Assembly (NCBI GenBank): GCA_977017575.1
Contig: CDRNVI010000201.1
Location: 1-64,000, forward strand
DNA: 64,000 bases
DNA from: Paramoeba atlantica
Taxonomy: Eukaryota > Protista > Discosea
Direction: 5' to 3'
Made by a program: the position numbers and the translations under genes. How positions within the stretch are numbered: position 1 is the stretch's first letter; each line of letters begins with the position of its first letter. Positions 57,573-64,000 of the stretch are shown one piece after another. Below the pieces are notes generated by a model. The model did not search any database and was not told the origin of the DNA. It was given only the letters and a program-made list of their open reading frames with translations.

Positions 57573-59502
57573 ATGAGGTGCCAATTCACTCTTCTTTTCC
57601 TCTTTTTCTTCTCCTTCATCATCTCTTCTTCTTCTTTTGGAAACAACAATTTGTGTTTTGAATACATTCTTCAAAATGAGTGTACACCTGTGTTGGGGGA
57701 GGTTTCGATCGACCAAAACGAACAACAAGACTTCTTTGACGAAAATGTTTCTTTGATTGTTTCAAATGTTCGAATGTTTGGGTCGAATTGTCGAAGACCA
57801 TTTCTATCTTATTATTGCCAGTTGATGTTTGGTGGCTTTTTTTGTTCTTCTTCATCATCAGAAGAACAATATTGTTTGGAAGATCAGTTTTGTATTCAAG
57901 TTTCTGATTCTTGTTCTGATGATTTCTCTTTGAATTGTTCTTCTTCTCTTTCTTCACCTTCACTTTCTTCACCTTCACCATCACCACTGTTATTATCTTG
58001 TGAAGAGAAAGTAACAAAAGAGATTGAAGAAGTTGTTGAAACACCAATTAAAGTTCAAACTTGTTTGGATAATTCGAAAGAAGAAATTGAATGTTGTATT
58101 GGGCCTTATGTTTTTGATGATAATGATGAATGTGTTGTTCAATGTCCTCAATCTATTTATGGTGACAATTGGGAGAAGGGACTCAGAATCACAGCCTTTG
58201 TCTCGATTTCTTTTACGATTGTTATTTATGTGGTTTTGCTCACCCCTTTTTACATGACAGACAATTTAAGGTTTTTCTTTTTCTTTATTTTTGAGGGAGA
58301 AAAAGAAAAAAGAGAAACAAGAAATTGTTTGAAAGAGAAAATTGAATTGAGATTCAAAATTAAAAACAAAACAGGTATCCAAATAATGTTCTTTTTATTT
58401 TATATGGGTTCTTCCTTATCCTCTGTACATTTTTTATGTGGGTGGTATTTGCTGGTAAACTTTGAAACTGCCCTTTTCTTTTCATTTTGATCAATATTTT
58501 TTTGTTTGGTCTCGTTTTTTAAAATTGGTTAATGCAGGTGGGCCTAAGAATTTCATTTGTGGAGATGAAACAAACTTTTGGAAAGTAATTGAACATTATG
58601 GAAACTCAACTCAATCTGTTATTCAATATTCTCTCTGGATTTTCTTTCTGAGTTGTTGGGGTAGCTCTTTTTGTCTCTTCTCATTTAATCTGTTTTGTAA
58701 TTCAACAAGGTTTTTTTGTTTCTTCCCAAAATTAAAATGAAAGAGTTTTTCTGATTTCTATTTCATTTCATCACAGACCTTATACTTCATATTTCGAAAA
58801 GTTTATCACCCAACCAGTTGATCCATTGATTATTCGCTTGATATTTGCCTTCTTTTTCTCCTTTTCAGTTTTGATGGTTTTGGGGTTTCTTCTTTTTGCT
58901 TATTTATTGCATGATGATTCGCAATTATTTCTTCCACTCCCAGTTTATTGGCTTCCCAATCCCATAAGTAAGCGAGTCTTTTTTGTCTTTCAATCTTTCT
59001 TGATCATAACTCTTGTGGCTGGGATTGTTTTTCTTTTTCTTGCGATCATTTTGTTTCTGAAACGAGGAAGACAGATTTTGTATTTTCAATGGTAATGATC
59101 CTTTTATTATTTTAATCTTTAATTTTTTGTTATTCTGACCCACCATCTTTTCAATGACACAGGAGGTCGATTTTTATTGGGTTTTTCTGGTTTACCTGTT
59201 CTGTGATCTATTCATTCACAATAATTCTTCCTGAGCCTTCAGGTCAAAAGATTGAAGATTATACAAAATGTGTTGCTTCTCACCCTCAAACAAACCCAAC
59301 TTTATGTTCTCGAGAGTATGAACAACTGGGTTTCTTATTTGTTAGTTACTTTTTGTTGGGAAATTTTTTTATGTTGTTGCTTCTTCATTCCATTTGGACA
59401 AATGATCTTGTGATTGGTTGGTGGAAAAAACTTTTCTCAAGTCTAAATTCAAATTCAAAGTATGAACAATTAAATGATGGTGATGGGTATTCTTTGAATT
59501 AA
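57573..59502 (+). CDS. Fsl-like class F GPCR, copy C
   Basis: Same architecture and exon layout. Confidence 0.82.
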
Positions 59503-59813
59503 AAATCTATAGTCTACCCATCTATCCATCTTCGCTCATCTTTTCCAAACATGTTGGTGAAAAAAACTTTGGCAAACAAAATAACAGTTATTTCAATTAT
59601 TTCTGAAAATTTAATTCGAATTAATTCTTAAAATAAATTTATTTTGGGAGGCAAACTGACCGAGACAGAAGGAGAAAAGAGTATTTTTTCGAAGAAATTT
59701 CCCTCAGTTTTCGAAAGCGGAATTTTCTTTTGTGTTTCTCTTTTCTTTTGTGTTTGGTTGTTTTGCCGTTCTTTTCCTTGTTTTTTCCCCCTATTGGAAC
59801 CCACCCGATGTGA

Positions 59814-61754
59814 ATGAGGTGCCAATTCAATTTCCTTTTCCTCTTTTTCTTCTCCTTCATCATCTCTTCTTCTTTCGGAAACAACAATTTGTGTTTTGAA
59901 TACATTCTCAAAAATGAGTGTACGACTGTGTTGGGGGATGTAACAATCAATCAAAACGAACAACAAGACTTCTTTGACAAGAATGTTTCTTTGATTGTTT
60001 CAAATGTTCGAATGTTTGGATCGAATTGTCGAAGACCATTTCTATCTTATTATTGCCAGTTGATGTTTGGTGGCTTTTTTTGTTCTTCTTCATCATCAGA
60101 AGAACAACATTGTTTGGAAGATCAATTTTGTATTCAAGTTTCTGATTTTTGTTCTGATGATTTCCCTTTGAATTGTTCTTCTTCTCTTTCTTCACTTTCA
60201 CCCTCTTCACCATCACCATCACCATCACCATTGTTATTATCTTGTGAAGAGAAAGTAACAAAAGAGATTGAAGAAGTTGTTGAAACACCGATTAAAGTTC
60301 AAACTTGTTTGGATAATTCGAAAGAAGAGATTGAATGTTGTATTGGGCCTTATGTTTTTGATGATAATGATGAATGTGTTGTTCAATGTCCTCAATATGT
60401 CTATGGCGAGGTTTTTGAGAAGGTACTCAGAATCATTTCTTCTGTCTTTGTTTTGATTACAATCATTATTTATGTGGTTTTGCTCACTCCTTTTTACATG
60501 ACAGACAATTTAAGGTTTTTCTTTTCTTTATTTTTGAGGGAGAAAAAGAAAAAAGAGAAACAAGAAATCGTTTGAAAGAAAATTGAAAGAAAAATAGAAT
60601 TGAGATTCAAAATTAAAAACAAAACAGATATCCAAATGTTGTTCTTTTTATCTTATATGCATTTTTCATTCTCATGACTACTCTCTTTATGTGGGCGTTT
60701 TTCGATGGTAAACAATATTTTAATATTTTGTTTGATCTCATTTTTTTAATCCTGATTCATGCAGGTGGGCCTAAGAATTTCATTTGTGGAGATGAAACAA
60801 ACTTTTGGAAAGTAATTGAACATTATGGAAACTCAACTCGATCTATTGTTCAATATTCTCTCTGGATTCTCTTCTCAACTTGTTGTAGTAGCTTTTTTTG
60901 TCTCTTCTCATTCAATTTGTTTTGTAATTCAACAAGGTTCTTTTGTTTTTCAATCATTCCCAAAATTAAAATTAATTTTAATTTTTTTGATTTCTATTTC
61001 ATTTTATCACAGACCTTACACTTCATATTTCGAAAAGTTTATCACCCCACCAGTTGATCCATTGATTATTCGCTTGCTATTTGCCTTCTTTTTCTCCTTT
61101 TCAGTTTTGATGGTTTTGGGGTTTCTTCTTTTTGCTTATTTATTGCATGATGATTCGCAATTACTTCTTCCACTCCCAGTTTTTTGGCTTCCCAATCCCA
61201 GAAGTAAGCGAGTCTTTTTTGTCTTTCAATCCTTCTTTGCCTTCACTTCTGTGATGGGGATTGTGTTCCTTTTAGTTGCGATCATTTTGTTTCTGAAACG
61301 AGGAAGACAGATTATTTATTTTCAGTGGTAAGGATCTTTTTTATTATTATTTTTTGATTCTTTTGGAAATTTCTAATTTTTTGTTATTTTTAACCCACCA
61401 TCTTTTTTTTTTTTTGATAACAGGAGGTCGATTTTAGTTGGGTGTTTCTGGTTAACCATTTTTGTGCTCTATTCAATCACAATGGTTCTTCCTGAACCTC
61501 AAGGTCAAAAGATTGAAGATTATACAAAATGTGTTGCTTCTCACCCTCAAACAAACCCAACTTTATGTTCTCGAGATTATGAACAACTGGGTTATCAGTG
61601 TGTCAGTTACTCTTTGTTGGGATTTTTATTTCTGTTGTTGCTTCTTCATTCCATTTGGACAAATGATCTCGTGATTGATTGGTGGAAAGAACTTTTCTCA
61701 AGTCTAACTTCAAATTCAAAGTATGAACAATTAGATGATTTTTCTTTAAATTAA
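59814..61754 (+). CDS. Fsl-like class F GPCR, copy D
   Basis: Same architecture and exon layout. Confidence 0.82.
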
Positions 61755-61976
61755 AAAGATTTGTTTCTGGTCTGATTTTGAAAAAAATGAAGACAATGGA
61801 TCAACTATCTCATCCTGTCGAAATGTTGGTGTCCCTTGTTGGTGTATTTTTGGGAGAACAAATAAGGAAACTCGTTTTTTTGGTTGTTTCTCTTTTTCTG
61901 GATCGTTCTTATTGCCCGTTTCGTCTTTCGTTTGTTTTGTAATTGTTTCCCCCCCTTTGGAACCCACCCGATGTGA

Positions 61977-63952
61977 ATGAGGTGCCAATTCACTCTTCCA
62001 TCTTTTTCCATCTTTTTCTTCTCCTTCATCATCTCTTCTTCTTCTTCCAACAACAACGATTTGTGTTTTGAATACATTCTTCAAAATGAGTGTACGACTG
62101 TGTTGGGAGAAGTTTCGATTAACCAAAACGAACAACAAGACTTCTTTGACGAAAATGTTTCTTTGATTGTTTCAAATGTTCGAATGTTTGGGTCGAATTG
62201 TCGAAGACCATTTCTATCTTATTATTGCCAGTTGATGTTTGGTGGTTTTTTTTGTTCTTCTTCATCACCAGAAGAACAATATTGTTTGGAAGATCAGTTT
62301 TGTATTCAAGTTTCTGATTCTTGTTCTGATGATTTCCCTTTGAATTGTTCTTCTTCTCTTTCTTCACCATCACCATCACCATCACCACTGTTATTATCTT
62401 GTGAAGAGAAAGTAACAAAAGAGATTGAAGAAGTTGTTGAAACACCAATTAAAGTTCAAACTTGTTTGGGTAATTCGAAAGAAGAGATTGAATGTTGTAT
62501 TGGGCCTTATGTTTTTGATGATAATGATGAATGTGTTGTTCAATGTCCTCAATATCTTTATAATCAGCAAGTTGAACATTGGATTCGAAACACTTCATCA
62601 ATTTTAGTTTGTTTCATGATCATTGTTTACATTGTCACCCTGATTCCTTTTTACATGACAGACAATTTAAAGTTTTTCTTTTTTTTTTTTTTCTATTTTC
62701 TCTTTTCTTTTGTCAACAAATATTTGTCGAGTTTGAAAGGAAAGGAGAGTGAAAAAAGATCCAGAAAAGAGAGAAAGAAACTTTCTTTGGTTTTTTGATT
62801 AACGAAAGAAATGAACAGGTACCCAAATGTTGTTCTTTTTCTCTTTTATGCTTCTTTCATTCTCGCTTTTACACCAAATTCTTGGATGTTTTTTGCAGGT
62901 AATCTTCTCTTTTTTATTTTTTTTTTCAAGATTATTAACTTTTAATTGATTTTTATTGAAGGAGGGATTGATGCATTTGTTTGTGGAGATAAAACAAACT
63001 TTTGGGAAGCAGTTGACCATTATGGAAATTCAACTCGCTCCATTCTTCAATATTCTTCTCAGGTCTTCTTTGCAAGTTGCGCTGCTTCATTTTGGGTGCT
63101 TTTTTCATTCAATTTGTTTTGTAATTCAACAAGGTTCTTTTTTTTGGATTGCATAATTTTTTATTTTTCCAAGGATGTTTTCTTTGCAATTCTTGTTGAA
63201 AGTTTTTTTTTTTGACTTCCACACACACAGACCATTCACGTCGCTCTTTGAAAAGTTTATCATACAACCTGTCCCGCCCTTGATTGTCTTTTTGATGATT
63301 GGGAGCTGCCTTTTTCTCTCAACTCTGATTTTTTTTGGGTTTCTTCTCTATGCTTTTTTGCATAACGATACACGGCTATTTATCCCTGGGTCAATCACTG
63401 CATTTCCTATCCCAATCAATGATGTGATTGCAAAACTTTATCAATTTCCAGTTGTTTTCGTTGGTGGATCTGGAAATGTATTTTTTTTTCTTTCGATTGT
63501 CCTATTTCTCAAACGAGGAAGACAGATTTTTTATTTTCAGTGGTAAAAACTCTCTTTTTTTTTTGATTGGGTTTTTAGATTTGACCAAAGGAATTTCTAT
63601 CAATAGGAGGTCAATTTTAGTTGGATGCTTCTCAATCTTGGTCTCTGTTATTCTTGGGATGTCATTCTTTCTCTCTGGTCCTTCACATGCAAGTATTATT
63701 GATTATACAAATTGTGTTGCTTCTCACCCACAAACTATTCCAACCTTGTGTTCCCAAAATTATGAACCACCAAGTTTCTTTCTTGTTGTGGATTTGTTAA
63801 TCCTCGGTGTGTGGTTATTGCTTCTTGTGATTTCTTTTTTAACCAATAATCAAGTGGTTGATTGGTGGAAAGAACTTTTCTGCTCAAGTCTTTCTTCAAA
63901 ATATGAACAATTAGATGATGATCCTGATGTGGGAAATACTAATTCCCTTTAA
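61977..63952 (+). CDS. Fsl-like class F GPCR, copy E
   Basis: Same architecture and exon layout. Confidence 0.82.
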
Positions 63953-64000
63953 CCTTTTCAGCTCTTCAAATTTTATTTAAACAAAAGACATAAACTGTCA

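Noticed and set aside
55251-62448. Recurrent minus-strand ORFs (MLFVLVDRN.., MVFQQLLQS..) conserved across the array
   Set aside because: Antisense shadows of the near-identical receptor exon 1; no independent evidence of coding.
1-64000. Non-standard genetic code, transposons or RNA genes
   Set aside because: Conserved proteins read correctly with the standard code and end at TAA or TGA; no transposase, reverse transcriptase, tRNA or rRNA signature recognised by eye (tRNAscan-SE and Infernal were not run).

Overview
AT-rich, intron-dense eukaryotic DNA with GT-AG introns full of low-complexity tracts. The gene content (Frizzled/Smoothened-like receptor expansion, CRIB-STE20 kinase, plant-type LRR, choice-of-anchor B) points to an amoebozoan-type protist; this is inference. 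About 27 protein genes were reconstructed by hand: syntaxin-16, H2A.Z, a hidden 104-aa gene, APH-1, two near-identical Cys-rich secreted genes, a probable Kelch-CRIB-STE20 kinase, PB1-like/ankyrin, two choice-of-anchor B paralogs, a RING-BBox-BBox-CC-NHL protein, an orphan secreted protein, two paralogs sharing an unrecognised N-terminal domain, PQBP1, a beta-helix protein, an LRR protein, a tandem-pseudokinase protein, an ARM/TPR protein, a half-decayed eIF4A copy, a small ankyrin protein, and five class-F (Fsl-like) GPCRs. Main highlights: (1) the receptor array has near-identical ectodomains on diverged 7TM regions, and every copy has an extra AUG just upstream of the start; (2) an unnamed domain is shared by two distant paralogs with identical intron positions; (3) the STE20 kinase tail has 11 (F/L)GTF(V/I) motifs; (4) one protein has two dead kinase domains; (5) exon fragments, usually with a splice site, are repeatedly duplicated inside neighbouring introns. 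No rRNA, tRNA, CRISPR array or transposon was recognised. All spliced models are manual predictions and need transcript support.
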